In this document: positions 47,101 to 56,211 of the stretch, piece by piece
Layout of the letters: each line of letters starts with the position of its first letter
How positions within the stretch are numbered: the stretch's first letter is position 1
IMG/VR virus record: IMGVR_UViG_3300032236_001024
Span: 32,001 to 96,000 of that record
Source: a virus
Taxonomy: Duplodnaviria; Caudoviricetes
Direction: 5' to 3' (one strand)
Length of the DNA: 64,000 bases
The notes under the pieces: generated by a model
The model's database searches: none
What the model was told of the DNA's origin: nothing
The model's input: only the letters and a program-made list of their open reading frames with translations
Position numbers and translations under genes: made by a program

Positions 47101-50100
47101 GAAGTTGCTGTAAGTTTTTCAAAAAATGGTGATAAAGGTGATCAAGGTGTAATCGGTTATACTGGTTCATTAGGTTATTGGGGTTCGGTTGGTTATACAG
47201 GTTCAGCTGGTTATGTTGGTGCAGATGGTTATGCTGGTTCTGTTGGTTATTGGGGATCAGTTGGTTATACTGGATCAAGAGGTGTTATTGGTTTAACCGG
47301 ATATTTTGGATCAGTTGGCTACACTGGTTCTATGGGACCACAAGGTGTTCCTGGAAATCCGGATGGGTATCAAGGATCGGTAGGATATCAAGGTTCAGTT
47401 GGTTATAAAGGTTCTGCAGGACAGGTAGGTTATAAGGGTTCAGCTGGTATTCAAGGACCACAAGGACCATCTGGTGGTGCAGATGGATATGCTGGTTCAC
47501 TTGGTTATACTGGTTCTAGAGGTATACAAGGAATAACTGGGTATGTTGGTTCTCAAGGTTATTATGGTTCTGTAGGCTATACTGGTTCATATGGTGATGT
47601 TGGTTACACTGGATCGATTGGTTATACTGGATCAATGCCATCACTTAATGGTGAAACTGGTCAAATTTTAGTAAATGATAATAATCTAGTAAATTCATAT
47701 GCTGGGTTTACATTTACATACTCAACTAATACATTAACAGTTTCTAACACAATAGTGGTATCAAATAATTTAACAGTTTCTAATACATTACTTACCAATA
47801 AATTAAATGTTATTGACAGCATACTTGTTGGAAATACAGTAAGAATATTCCAATCACTTTTAGTAAGTGATGAAATTTATTCTAGTAATACTATTACAAC
47901 AAAAAATTTATTAGCATCAGAAAATGATCTTACTGTTGGCAATTCAGCAACAATAACCAATACATTAACAGTTTCTAATACAATAGCAGTATCAAATACT
48001 TTAACAGTTGCTAATACATTATCGGTAGCAAACACATTAACAGTAGCTAATACTCTCATTGTCACTAAGTCACTTATTGCTTCTAATATTTTAACTGTAG
48101 GCAATAATGTAACAATAGCTAATACTTTAACAGTAAGTAACAATGCAAGCATAGCAAACACATTAACAGTTGCTAATACTCTTATTGTAACAAAATCTAT
48201 TATCGCTTCCAACACATTAACAGTAAGTAACAATGCAACTATTGCAAATACTCTTACAGTATCAAATAACGCTATAGTAGCAAATACACTCACTGTATCT
48301 AATACTATATCTACATTCAATCTATCAGTATCAAATAATGCTACTGTAGCAAATACATTAACTGTATCAAATACTGTTGTTGTTCCTATCCTAACTGTAG
48401 GAAACAATGCATTTATTGCTAATACATTGACAGTTGGCAATAACGCAACTGTGGCAAACACATTAACAGTTGCTAATACATTAACAGTATCAAATACTCT
48501 TATTGTTTCTAACACTCTTACGGTATCAAATAATGCAACAGTAGCTAATACTTTAACAGTTGCCAATACTCTTATTGTTACTAAATCTCTTATTGCTTCT
48601 AATACTCTAACAGTAAGTAACAATGCAACAGTTGCTAATACATTAACAGTATCTAATACTCTGATAGTTTCTAACACTATAACTGCTAATACCTTAACAG
48701 TCAACACATTAAGCGTTAGTAACAATCTTTCAGTATCCAACAGCATAAATGTTGGTAATAACCTTACGGTTTCCAATACAGCAATAGTATCTAATAATTT
48801 ATTCGTATACAACATTATATCATCAAATATAATGTCTGTCAATACCATAACTGTTGGGAACACATTAATAGTATCAAATACTATTTCATCTAATATTCTT
48901 TCGGTCAATACAGCAACTATTAATGCTCTGTCTGTATCCAATAATGCATCTATTGCTAATACATTAACAGTATATACAGTAAATGTTTCTAATACATTAA
49001 CAACAAAAAGTTTAATTATTTCTTCAAATACTTTATCTGTCAATACTTTGAATAGTAATACTATCAGTATTACCAACTCTAGTACTTTTGGAAATAATTT
49101 ATCAGTTGCTAATACTCTGACAGTTGGCAATACATTAATTATTGATACAAATCTTGAACTTTCAAAGAGACAAGTAAACTTCTCTAATTCACAGTTTTTA
49201 TATCTTCCTTCTGCTAATACTGGTAAATATACTCCTACCAGCACTGCAAATGGTGCTCTGAGATATAATTATGAAATAAATTCTGTTGAAATTTATGATA
49301 ATGTTGCAGTAAAGTGGATTAAGCTTGGTGCTTCACAAGATGATTTTGCTGCACTTATTGGCTCTATCAATTATCTTACAACTCAAAGCATTTATGTATA
49401 TAATGACTATGATGTTCTTTCCATCAATGCTTCTGCAGTATTTGCTGGCAATTCACAAGTAAATACAAATATCACAACACATGGTATTAGTACATCTGAT
49501 CCAAATAACAATACTACAATATCTTCGCAGGTAGTATTCGTTGGTAATAGTTCTGCAAACTCTGCTATCAGTCTTTATGGTGGTGATACTGTATTGGATG
49601 TATCATACTATAGTGTTTCGACTTCTGGTATTGCAACAATCCAAACTCGTAATGATCATGGATTGCAAGGTGTTAGAGGTGTTATCGGAAAAATTAGTGA
49701 CACTGGTTTCTATTATATTGATAGTCTCTCATCATTCAATGTTACTGATTTTGCAACATCAAATACTTTTAGTTTTGCTCTTACTTCTTCTAAGACTTCT
49801 TCAAACTTAAAAATAGAAAGTTTGGAAAGAGATGAAAATGGTGTTGTAACATATCATACTACTGGTCAACACCATTATCAAGTTGGTGATGTTATTAATA
49901 TTACTGGTATATCACCAACTCTTCCAAAGGGACCATTTAATTATAGTGGTGTTACTGTATACAATACTCCAGAAGCAAACACATTCTCGATATATGATCC
50001 TACAAAAGCAAATCTTGTTAGAAATTTAGTAACTATTTCAAATGATTATTATCCATCTACATATTCTGGTTATGTATATCTAACAGTTACTTTTGATCAA

Positions 50101-52896
50101 ACACATGATCTTAAAGTTGACAGTGACTATGTATATTTTGATACACCTGAATTAATTTCTTATTCTATTGGTGGTCGTAATCGTTCTATTGATGGAAAAC
50201 AATTCCAAGTAAAGGGAATACCAGCTTCCAATCAGATAAAAATTATTGCCTATACCAAATCATTAAATGATCGTGTAGCAGTTAGTGCTGGTTCATATAC
50301 TTTTGTTGATACTGCAACTATAACATCATTTAGAAATGTTGATCTTACTAATATTACTACATCTGCGTATGCTTCTATACCTATTGTAACACCAACTTCT
50401 CTTCCTTCAGGAAGCGTAAGATTAACAAATCCAATTTATATTTCAGTAAGTAATAGTTCTTCATTTACTAAAATTACTCCTACATCATTGTTCTTGGGAA
50501 CTCCAGGTTCAAATAACATTACCATCGATAGTTCTGGAACTAAGTTTAATACTAGAGGTTCTTATCTACAGACATTTATCAATGGTAGAGGTATCACCAT
50601 TTCTTCACTACAAGAAGAAGATGGTCAAGTTGTTCCAGAAGCAGATTTGTTCTTTGCTAACTCAAGTGTATTGAGCATTGGCAATTATAATAAATCTTCT
50701 ATAGTTTCTTCTGATATTGTATTCAGCAGCTCACTTAAAGCTGGTACTACAGATACATTCATTTCTTTGACTGGAGATACTTTATCTATATCTGATCAAT
50801 CAGGTATACAAAATACAACTATCACAACATCTTATGCTGATTTTGGTGGTGATCTTTCTGTTGCTGGTTATCTATATCTGAATACTCTTTTTGCTAATAG
50901 CAGCATTGGAACAAGAGGACAAGTTCTTACTTCAAATGGAACTGGCGGAACATATTGGTCATCTCTATCAGGTCTTGTTGGATATACTGGTTCTAGAGGC
51001 ATTCAAGGTATAACTGGTTACTTTGGATCAGTCGGTTATACTGGTTCAATCGGTGCTTCTGGCGTATCTGGATATGGTGGTTCGACTGGTTATACTGGTT
51101 CAGCCGGATATGTTGGTGCTGACGGTTATGCTGGTTCTGTTGGTTATACAGGTTCAGCTGGATATATTGGTAAAGATGGATATTCTGGTTCTGTAGGATA
51201 TACTGGATCATTTGGTTATGATGGTTCAAGAGGTTTCACTGGGTCTAGAGGTTCTGGTTATACAGGTTCCAGAGGATATGACGGGTTTGTTGGTTACACT
51301 GGTTCTATTGGCGCTGGGTATACTGGATCGATTGGTGCTGGTTTTGCTGGTTCAAGAGGAATTATAGGATTTGTTGGTTCACAAGGTATTCCCGGTGAAG
51401 CAGCTGCAATAGGTTATTCTGGATCACAAGGTTATACTGGTTTTATTGGATCATTTGGTTATACTGGTTCACAAGGTATTCCCGGCGAATTTGCTGGCAT
51501 GGGTTATACTGGTTCTCAAGGTGTTATTGGATATACTGGTTCGCTTGGTTACACTGGTTCATTGGGTGGTCTTGGTCCAAGAGGATATACTAGCTCTAGA
51601 GGTTATTCTGGTTCCCTTGGTTATTCTGGCTCACTTGGTTATACTGGTTCACAAGGTATTCCTGGTCAAGCTGCAGATAAAGGTTATGATGGATCGCAGG
51701 GATATACTGGTTATACTGGTTCATTAGGTTATGTTGGATCACAAGGTATTCCAGGTCAAGCTGCAGATAAAGGTTACGATGGTTCAAGAGGATATTTTGG
51801 ATCATATGGATATACTGGTTCTCTTGGCTATACTGGTTCACAAGGATATACTGGTTCTCAAGGTGAAAAGGGTGATCCTGGTGAATATGCTGCCATGGGT
51901 TATGATGGTTCACAAGGTGATATAGGATATACTGGGTCTATTGGTTTTACAGGTTCTCAAGGTATTCCCGGTCAGGCTGCAGATAAAGGATATGCTGGTT
52001 CTCTTGGTTATTCCGGTTCTCTTGGTTATTCTGGCTCACAAGGTATTCCCGGTGAAGCTGCATACAAGGGCTATGATGGTTCACAAGGTTATGATGGATC
52101 AACTGGATTCACTGGTTCCAGAGGAATTGTTGGATTTACTGGCTCTACTGGTGAAAAGGGTGATCCTGGTGAATTTGCTGCATTAGGATTTACAGGTTCA
52201 CAAGGTGATACTGGTGATGTTGGTTATGTTGGATCACAAGGAATTCCCGGCGAATATGCTGCATTAGGATTTACAGGTTCACAAGGTGATCAAGGTCCAC
52301 AAGGTTATTTGGGAGACCCTGGTTATACTGGTTCGCAAGGTGATGCTGGTGAAATTGGTTATACTGGTTCAGCTGGTCTTGGATTTACTGGTGATCAAGG
52401 TGAACTTGGATATACAGGTTCTTCTGGTGCTGGTTTCTCTGGATCAAGAGGTATTATTGGTTTCTCTGGTTCTAGAGGTGTTATTGGTTATGTCGGATCG
52501 GCTGGATATATTGGTCGTGATGGTTATAATGGTTCTCTTGGTTATACTGGTTCAGCTGGATATATTGGTGTTGATGGTTATTCAGGATCAGTAGGTTATA
52601 CAGGTTCAGCTGGTTATATCGGTCTTGATGGTTATGTTGGATCAAGAGGATATACTGGCTCTATTGGGTTCACTGGATCAAAAGGATTTGCTAATGGGCA
52701 ATCATTATCAGTAAATAACTTTGTAATTACTGGTTCAGTAACTGCTGGTAACAGTACTGGAACAAATATGCAGGTTCTTACTACAACTGGTTCTTCAGTT
52801 TATTGGGCAACTCTCAGTGCTGCACTCAATCTCGATGGTGGTGATCCAACATCCAATTATGGTGGAATAACTTCTATAGATGCTGGTGGTGTTTAA
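44107..52896 (+). CDS. Giant (2929 aa) collagen-like fibre with Asn/Thr/Val beta-helix-like segment and HG(L/Y)..GD-type beta repeats
   Basis: FPDNP..W.WDG.RW start; GYKGSE, GYWGS and GYTGS runs; (V/S/A)NTLTV hexapeptides ~47700-49150; T...H(G/D/H)(L/Y)..D.(V/I) repeats ~49590-50350; DGGDP.S.YGG..SIDAGG end. Confidence 0.85.
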   Translation: MAILFPDNPTVGLTHVAAGRTWRWDGKRWTTIGDVGYKGSEGYQGSEGVRGSVGYTSSVGYTSSVGFQGSTGYRGSEGYKGSEGYKGSEGYKGSEGYKGSEGYKGSEGYKGSEGYKGSEGYKGSEGYKGSEGYKGSEGYKGSEGYKGSEGYKGSEGYKGSEGYKGSEGYKGSEGYKGSEGYQGSVGYTGSAGDVGYKGSEGYRGSEGFRGSVGYTSSVGYTSSVGFQGSEGYKGSEGYKGSEGYQGSEGYQGSLGYQGSSGITGYRGSGGVSGVTGYSGSVGYQGSEGYKGSEGYQGSVGYQGSRGSDGFRGIVGYQGSEGYKGSIGYTGSYGYTGSRGFAGSRGIQGIPGDVGPTGDTGYTGSAGYSGSQGFTGSQGDIGDKGEKGFTGSKGQQGDFGGAAFDYRFTTDTTSSIPASGYLKFNSSTVGDVTSLYINKNDIFANSVYNYLKTIDDSTSSIRGHFTVTERANTHNYNMFTIIGNLQDYQSDGYFVVPVGFVTGVSSGLANFSNNLEVLITFARTGDKGDKGDTGYVGSTGYWGSTGYTGSTGYWGSVGFTGSLGYWGSTGYVGSQGYTGSTGYVGSLGYWGSVGFVGSIGYTGSQGYTGSTGYWGSTGYWGSVGFTGSIGYTGSQGYTGSVGYVGSTGYWGSVGFTGSIGYTGSIGFTGSVGFVGSTGYWGSVGFTGSIGYTGSIGFTGSVGYVGSQGVQGTRGVPGPIGDQGPIGYTGSIGFFDSLGYTGSIGAGYTGSKGYAGSLGYTGSLGYWGSVGFTGSVGFVGSVGYTGSQGIQGVTGYDGSTGYWGSVGFTGSIGYTGSVGAGYTGSTGYWGSVGFAGSLGYTGSIGFTGSVGFVGSVGYVGSQGDLGPQGYIGGSLIFNFTTGSTSSGDPASGYIKFYGGTGSSLSNPSSLTKIMISKTEAKSGSDLTSYLLSLTNYNTSTIKAYVTISDAKNYTKHAIFQISARIPVTYPLGNENTNVTYIQYGIQCIAGSGLSSITSDAEVAVSFSKNGDKGDQGVIGYTGSLGYWGSVGYTGSAGYVGADGYAGSVGYWGSVGYTGSRGVIGLTGYFGSVGYTGSMGPQGVPGNPDGYQGSVGYQGSVGYKGSAGQVGYKGSAGIQGPQGPSGGADGYAGSLGYTGSRGIQGITGYVGSQGYYGSVGYTGSYGDVGYTGSIGYTGSMPSLNGETGQILVNDNNLVNSYAGFTFTYSTNTLTVSNTIVVSNNLTVSNTLLTNKLNVIDSILVGNTVRIFQSLLVSDEIYSSNTITTKNLLASENDLTVGNSATITNTLTVSNTIAVSNTLTVANTLSVANTLTVANTLIVTKSLIASNILTVGNNVTIANTLTVSNNASIANTLTVANTLIVTKSIIASNTLTVSNNATIANTLTVSNNAIVANTLTVSNTISTFNLSVSNNATVANTLTVSNTVVVPILTVGNNAFIANTLTVGNNATVANTLTVANTLTVSNTLIVSNTLTVSNNATVANTLTVANTLIVTKSLIASNTLTVSNNATVANTLTVSNTLIVSNTITANTLTVNTLSVSNNLSVSNSINVGNNLTVSNTAIVSNNLFVYNIISSNIMSVNTITVGNTLIVSNTISSNILSVNTATINALSVSNNASIANTLTVYTVNVSNTLTTKSLIISSNTLSVNTLNSNTISITNSSTFGNNLSVANTLTVGNTLIIDTNLELSKRQVNFSNSQFLYLPSANTGKYTPTSTANGALRYNYEINSVEIYDNVAVKWIKLGASQDDFAALIGSINYLTTQSIYVYNDYDVLSINASAVFAGNSQVNTNITTHGISTSDPNNNTTISSQVVFVGNSSANSAISLYGGDTVLDVSYYSVSTSGIATIQTRNDHGLQGVRGVIGKISDTGFYYIDSLSSFNVTDFATSNTFSFALTSSKTSSNLKIESLERDENGVVTYHTTGQHHYQVGDVINITGISPTLPKGPFNYSGVTVYNTPEANTFSIYDPTKANLVRNLVTISNDYYPSTYSGYVYLTVTFDQTHDLKVDSDYVYFDTPELISYSIGGRNRSIDGKQFQVKGIPASNQIKIIAYTKSLNDRVAVSAGSYTFVDTATITSFRNVDLTNITTSAYASIPIVTPTSLPSGSVRLTNPIYISVSNSSSFTKITPTSLFLGTPGSNNITIDSSGTKFNTRGSYLQTFINGRGITISSLQEEDGQVVPEADLFFANSSVLSIGNYNKSSIVSSDIVFSSSLKAGTTDTFISLTGDTLSISDQSGIQNTTITTSYADFGGDLSVAGYLYLNTLFANSSIGTRGQVLTSNGTGGTYWSSLSGLVGYTGSRGIQGITGYFGSVGYTGSIGASGVSGYGGSTGYTGSAGYVGADGYAGSVGYTGSAGYIGKDGYSGSVGYTGSFGYDGSRGFTGSRGSGYTGSRGYDGFVGYTGSIGAGYTGSIGAGFAGSRGIIGFVGSQGIPGEAAAIGYSGSQGYTGFIGSFGYTGSQGIPGEFAGMGYTGSQGVIGYTGSLGYTGSLGGLGPRGYTSSRGYSGSLGYSGSLGYTGSQGIPGQAADKGYDGSQGYTGYTGSLGYVGSQGIPGQAADKGYDGSRGYFGSYGYTGSLGYTGSQGYTGSQGEKGDPGEYAAMGYDGSQGDIGYTGSIGFTGSQGIPGQAADKGYAGSLGYSGSLGYSGSQGIPGEAAYKGYDGSQGYDGSTGFTGSRGIVGFTGSTGEKGDPGEFAALGFTGSQGDTGDVGYVGSQGIPGEYAALGFTGSQGDQGPQGYLGDPGYTGSQGDAGEIGYTGSAGLGFTGDQGELGYTGSSGAGFSGSRGIIGFSGSRGVIGYVGSAGYIGRDGYNGSLGYTGSAGYIGVDGYSGSVGYTGSAGYIGLDGYVGSRGYTGSIGFTGSKGFANGQSLSVNNFVITGSVTAGNSTGTNMQVLTTTGSSVYWATLSAALNLDGGDPTSNYGGITSIDAGGV
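44338..44643 (+). repeat. 17 tandem copies of an 18-bp unit encoding GYKGSE
   Basis: 306 nt in frame; the peptide is identical in every copy while codons vary. Confidence 0.9.
46051..46210 (+). repeat. Two identical 70-bp copies with 90-bp period (tggggatcggtaggatttac...tcagttggat)
   Basis: 46051-46120 and 46141-46210 match on direct comparison. Confidence 0.85.
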
Positions 52897-52903
52897 TCAT
52901 GAA

Positions 52904-52911
52904 TATAAATA
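52904..52911 (+). promoter_or_regulatory. T4-type late promoter TATAAATA
   Basis: Exact consensus in the 42-nt gap before the ATG at 52939. Confidence 0.7.
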
Positions 52912-52938
52912 CAATATCAATTATGTATGGGTAAATAA

Positions 52939-55900
52939 ATGGCAATTCAAATACAATTAAGAAGAGGTACTGCAGCACAATGGGCTACTGCTAATACAAT
53001 ATTAGCACTAGCAGAATTAGCCATTGAAATTGATACTTCTTTATTTAAAATTGGTGATGGATTAACACATTGGTCTGATCTTCCATATGGTGGTATTCGT
53101 GGTTTTACTGGTTCACGAGGTGATACTGGATATGTTGGTTCGTATGGGTATACTGGATCAAGAGGATATACAGGATCATTTGGGTATACTGGCTCGCAAG
53201 GTATAACTGGGTATGTTGGATCACAAGGTTATACAGGATCATATGGATATACTGGTTCGCAGGGATATACTGGATCACAAGGTATAACTGGATATGTTGG
53301 TTCACAGGGTTATTCTGGTTCTTATGGTTATACAGGATCACAAGGCTATACAGGTTCGTATGGTCCAATAGCTGGATCAAATACACAAGTTGTATTTAAT
53401 GATAGTGGAATTGCTGGTGGTAGTGCTGGATTAACATTCAATAAAAATAATTATACATTAACTACTAATAGTATCATAGCAAATACATTCTCTGGTACTT
53501 CTAATAATTCAACATATGCATTTGGCAAAACTGAAATTGCATTGAATGTAAACACTTCACTTGTATCAAATAATTCAACATATGCATTCGGTAAAACTGA
53601 AATTGCATTAAACGTAAACACTGCTCTTGTATCAAATAACGCTACTTATGCATTTGGCAAAACAGAATCCAATCTTAACGTAAACAATGCAACAACAGCA
53701 AATAATTCTACTTACGTATATGGCAAAACAGAAATTGCATTAAACGTAAACACTGCTCTTGTATCAAATAACGCTACTTATGCATTTGGCAAAACAGAAT
53801 CAAATCTAAATGTAAATAATGCTACTTATGCATTTGGCAAAACAGAATCAAATCTAAATGTAAATAATGCTACTTATGCATTTGGCAAAACAGAATCCAA
53901 TCTTAATGTTAACAATGCAGTTACAGCAAATAACTCAACATATGCATTTGGTAAAAGTGAAATAAATCTTAATGTTAATAATTCTCTTACTTCAAATAAT
54001 ACAACATATTTGAATGGACAACTTTCATCATATTACACAAATGCTTCAAATATTTCTACTGGCACATTGGGAGCATCTAGACTTCCATATGCAATGAATC
54101 AGGGCGTTTCTACTACTAGTTCTGTAACATTTGCAAATGTCTCAATAACTGGTGGTACTGTGGCAACAACTCCACAATATAGCACAGATATTGTTAATAA
54201 ACAATACGCAGATGCTATTGCTACGGGTATTAATTTTCACCCATCTGTTAGATTAACAACAACACAAACTTTTGATAGTTCTACTGCAACATATTATAAT
54301 GGTGCAAATGGTGTAGGAGCTACTATCACTGATAATTCTCCATATATTGCTTTATCATTAGATGGCGTAACTGCAGCATATGGTGATCGTATACTTATGC
54401 GTGGTTCAAGCAATTCTGTTTGGAATGGAATTTATACAGTATCTAATACTGGTTCTGGTTCTTATCCTTGGATTATGACAAGATCATATGATTACGATCA
54501 AGTTGGTACTGGTACAAATGAAATTGATCAAGGTGATTTGATATATGTGACGGCTGGTTCTACTTTAGCTGGAACTTCTTGGGTACAACAAGAATCGGTA
54601 AATACAATTGGTACTGATGCAATATCATTTGTACAATTTAGTTCTAAAGCCCTTTTTGCATTATCATCTGGTTCTGGACTATATTATAGTGCTGGTGGTG
54701 CATTTGATGGTTCTGCAGCATCTACACTTGCAGTAAATACTTCATATATTGGAACACTAACTGCTAACAATGCAACATATGCATTTGGTAAAACAGAATC
54801 CAATCTTAACGTAAACAATTCGACATATGCATTTGGCAAAACAGAATCTAATCTTAATGTAAATAATGCTACTTATGCATTTGGTAAAACAGAATCTACA
54901 TTAAGTGTTAATAATGCATTATATTTAAATGGTGTTGCAGCTTCTTATTATGTAAATACTTCTGCTTCATATACTATCACTGGTATTCATACACACAATG
55001 CTAATATTGTACTTGGAAGTATTGGTATATCTGCTAATGGTTCTTATGGAACTGACACACAAGTATTGAAAGCCAATTCTACTGGTGGTGTTTTTTGGGG
55101 AACTGGTGTTTCTGGTTATACTGGTTCACAAGGAAATCTTGGTTATACAGGATCATATGGATATACTGGTTCACAGGGTTATGCTGGCTCTACTGGTTAT
55201 GTTGGGTCTCAAGGTAATTTAGGTTATGCTGGTTCTACTGGTTTTGTCGGATCAACTGGTTATGTCGGATCACAAGGATATGCTGGATCAACTGGTTATG
55301 TTGGATCACAAGGATATGCTGGATCAACTGGTTATGTCGGTTCTCAAGGATATGCTGGATCAACTGGTTATGTTGGATCAACTGGTTATGTTGGATCACA
55401 AGGATATGCTGGTTCTACTGGTTATGTTGGATCAACTGGTTATGTTGGATCACAAGGATATGCTGGTTCTACTGGTTATGTTGGATCAACTGGTTATGTT
55501 GGATCACAAGGATATGCTGGATCAACTGGTTATGTCGGTTCTCAAGGATATGCTGGTTCTACTGGTTATTTCGGATCAACAGGATATGTAGGTTCATCTG
55601 GAACTAATGGTTATTCCGGATCAGTTGGTTATGTAGGTTCATCTGGTTCAGTTGGTTATGTAGGTTCAGCTGGAACTAATGGTTATACTGGATCAGTTGG
55701 TTATGTAGGTTCAGCTGGAACTAATGGTTATACTGGATCAGTTGGTTATGTAGGTTCATCTGGTTCAGTTGGTTATGTAGGTTCAGCTGGAACTAATGGT
55801 TATACTGGATCAGTAGGTTATGTTGGTTCAGCTGGTTCAAATGGCTATTCTGGATCAGTTGGTTATTTTGGTTCAACTGGTTATACAGGTTCGTCTGGAT

Positions 55901-56211
55901 CAGTTGGATATATTGGTTCAGTAGGTTATGTTGGTTCAGCTAGTACTGTTATTGGTTATACTGGATCAGCTGGTTCTGGCGGTTCTGGTGGTTCTTGGAC
56001 TGGTGGAACTATGTCCAATACAGTCTATTTTTCCAACACAGCCGCATCAACTAATAACGTATCTGGTGCAGTTACTGTTCTTGGTGGTCTTGGTGTGAAT
56101 GGTAATATATATACTGCAAGTCGTGTTGGATTTGCTAACTCAGGTAATACTGGTGTAGCATATACATATTATAATGAAGTTTTGAACTCAATTGATACGG
56201 TATTTGGTTAA
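52939..56211 (+). CDS. Fibre with Mtd_N/hyaluronidase-type N-terminus, NATYAFGKTESNLNV repeats and collagen-like run
   Basis: IQIQLRRGTAAQW...N.ILA..E..IEIDT..FKIGDG...WSDLPY; HPSVRLTT..LDGV...GDRIL..NGIY.V..TR..DYD fibre domain; C-terminal YN....SIDTVFG. Confidence 0.85.
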   Translation: MAIQIQLRRGTAAQWATANTILALAELAIEIDTSLFKIGDGLTHWSDLPYGGIRGFTGSRGDTGYVGSYGYTGSRGYTGSFGYTGSQGITGYVGSQGYTGSYGYTGSQGYTGSQGITGYVGSQGYSGSYGYTGSQGYTGSYGPIAGSNTQVVFNDSGIAGGSAGLTFNKNNYTLTTNSIIANTFSGTSNNSTYAFGKTEIALNVNTSLVSNNSTYAFGKTEIALNVNTALVSNNATYAFGKTESNLNVNNATTANNSTYVYGKTEIALNVNTALVSNNATYAFGKTESNLNVNNATYAFGKTESNLNVNNATYAFGKTESNLNVNNAVTANNSTYAFGKSEINLNVNNSLTSNNTTYLNGQLSSYYTNASNISTGTLGASRLPYAMNQGVSTTSSVTFANVSITGGTVATTPQYSTDIVNKQYADAIATGINFHPSVRLTTTQTFDSSTATYYNGANGVGATITDNSPYIALSLDGVTAAYGDRILMRGSSNSVWNGIYTVSNTGSGSYPWIMTRSYDYDQVGTGTNEIDQGDLIYVTAGSTLAGTSWVQQESVNTIGTDAISFVQFSSKALFALSSGSGLYYSAGGAFDGSAASTLAVNTSYIGTLTANNATYAFGKTESNLNVNNSTYAFGKTESNLNVNNATYAFGKTESTLSVNNALYLNGVAASYYVNTSASYTITGIHTHNANIVLGSIGISANGSYGTDTQVLKANSTGGVFWGTGVSGYTGSQGNLGYTGSYGYTGSQGYAGSTGYVGSQGNLGYAGSTGFVGSTGYVGSQGYAGSTGYVGSQGYAGSTGYVGSQGYAGSTGYVGSTGYVGSQGYAGSTGYVGSTGYVGSQGYAGSTGYVGSTGYVGSQGYAGSTGYVGSQGYAGSTGYFGSTGYVGSSGTNGYSGSVGYVGSSGSVGYVGSAGTNGYTGSVGYVGSAGTNGYTGSVGYVGSSGSVGYVGSAGTNGYTGSVGYVGSAGSNGYSGSVGYFGSTGYTGSSGSVGYIGSVGYVGSASTVIGYTGSAGSGGSGGSWTGGTMSNTVYFSNTAASTNNVSGAVTVLGGLGVNGNIYTASRVGFANSGNTGVAYTYYNEVLNSIDTVFG
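53490..54040 (+). repeat. In-frame 16-22-aa repeats (N(A/S)TYAFGKTE(S/I)(N/A)LNV); exact 48-bp copies start at 53773 and 53821; further copies ~54760-54940
   Basis: Direct reading of DNA and protein. Confidence 0.85.

Noticed and set aside
47877-49244. 455-aa minus-strand ORF
   Set aside because: Antisense shadow of the NTLTV repeat tract; the biased codons lack reverse-strand stops and the product is a mirror-image low-complexity sequence
52897-52938. Possible hairpin/terminator in the intergenic gap (ATACA...TGTAT)
   Set aside because: Short A/T-rich stem with no U-tract; better explained as promoter-containing spacer
53490-54040. CRISPR-like appearance of 48-66-bp repeats
   Set aside because: In-frame coding repeats without unique spacers, and no cas genes
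31578-55591. Many short alternative-frame and antisense ORFs over the Gly-X-Y regions (e.g. 44300-44662, 44315-44884, 45726-46241, 37854-38393)
   Set aside because: By-products of 9/18-nt periodic repeats lying wholly inside longer, motif-supported ORFs
30530-56211. Ice-nucleation-protein or silk-fibroin identity of the GY/GS repeats
   Set aside because: Periodicity is Gly every third residue, not the AGYGSTxT octamer or GAGAGS dipeptide pattern
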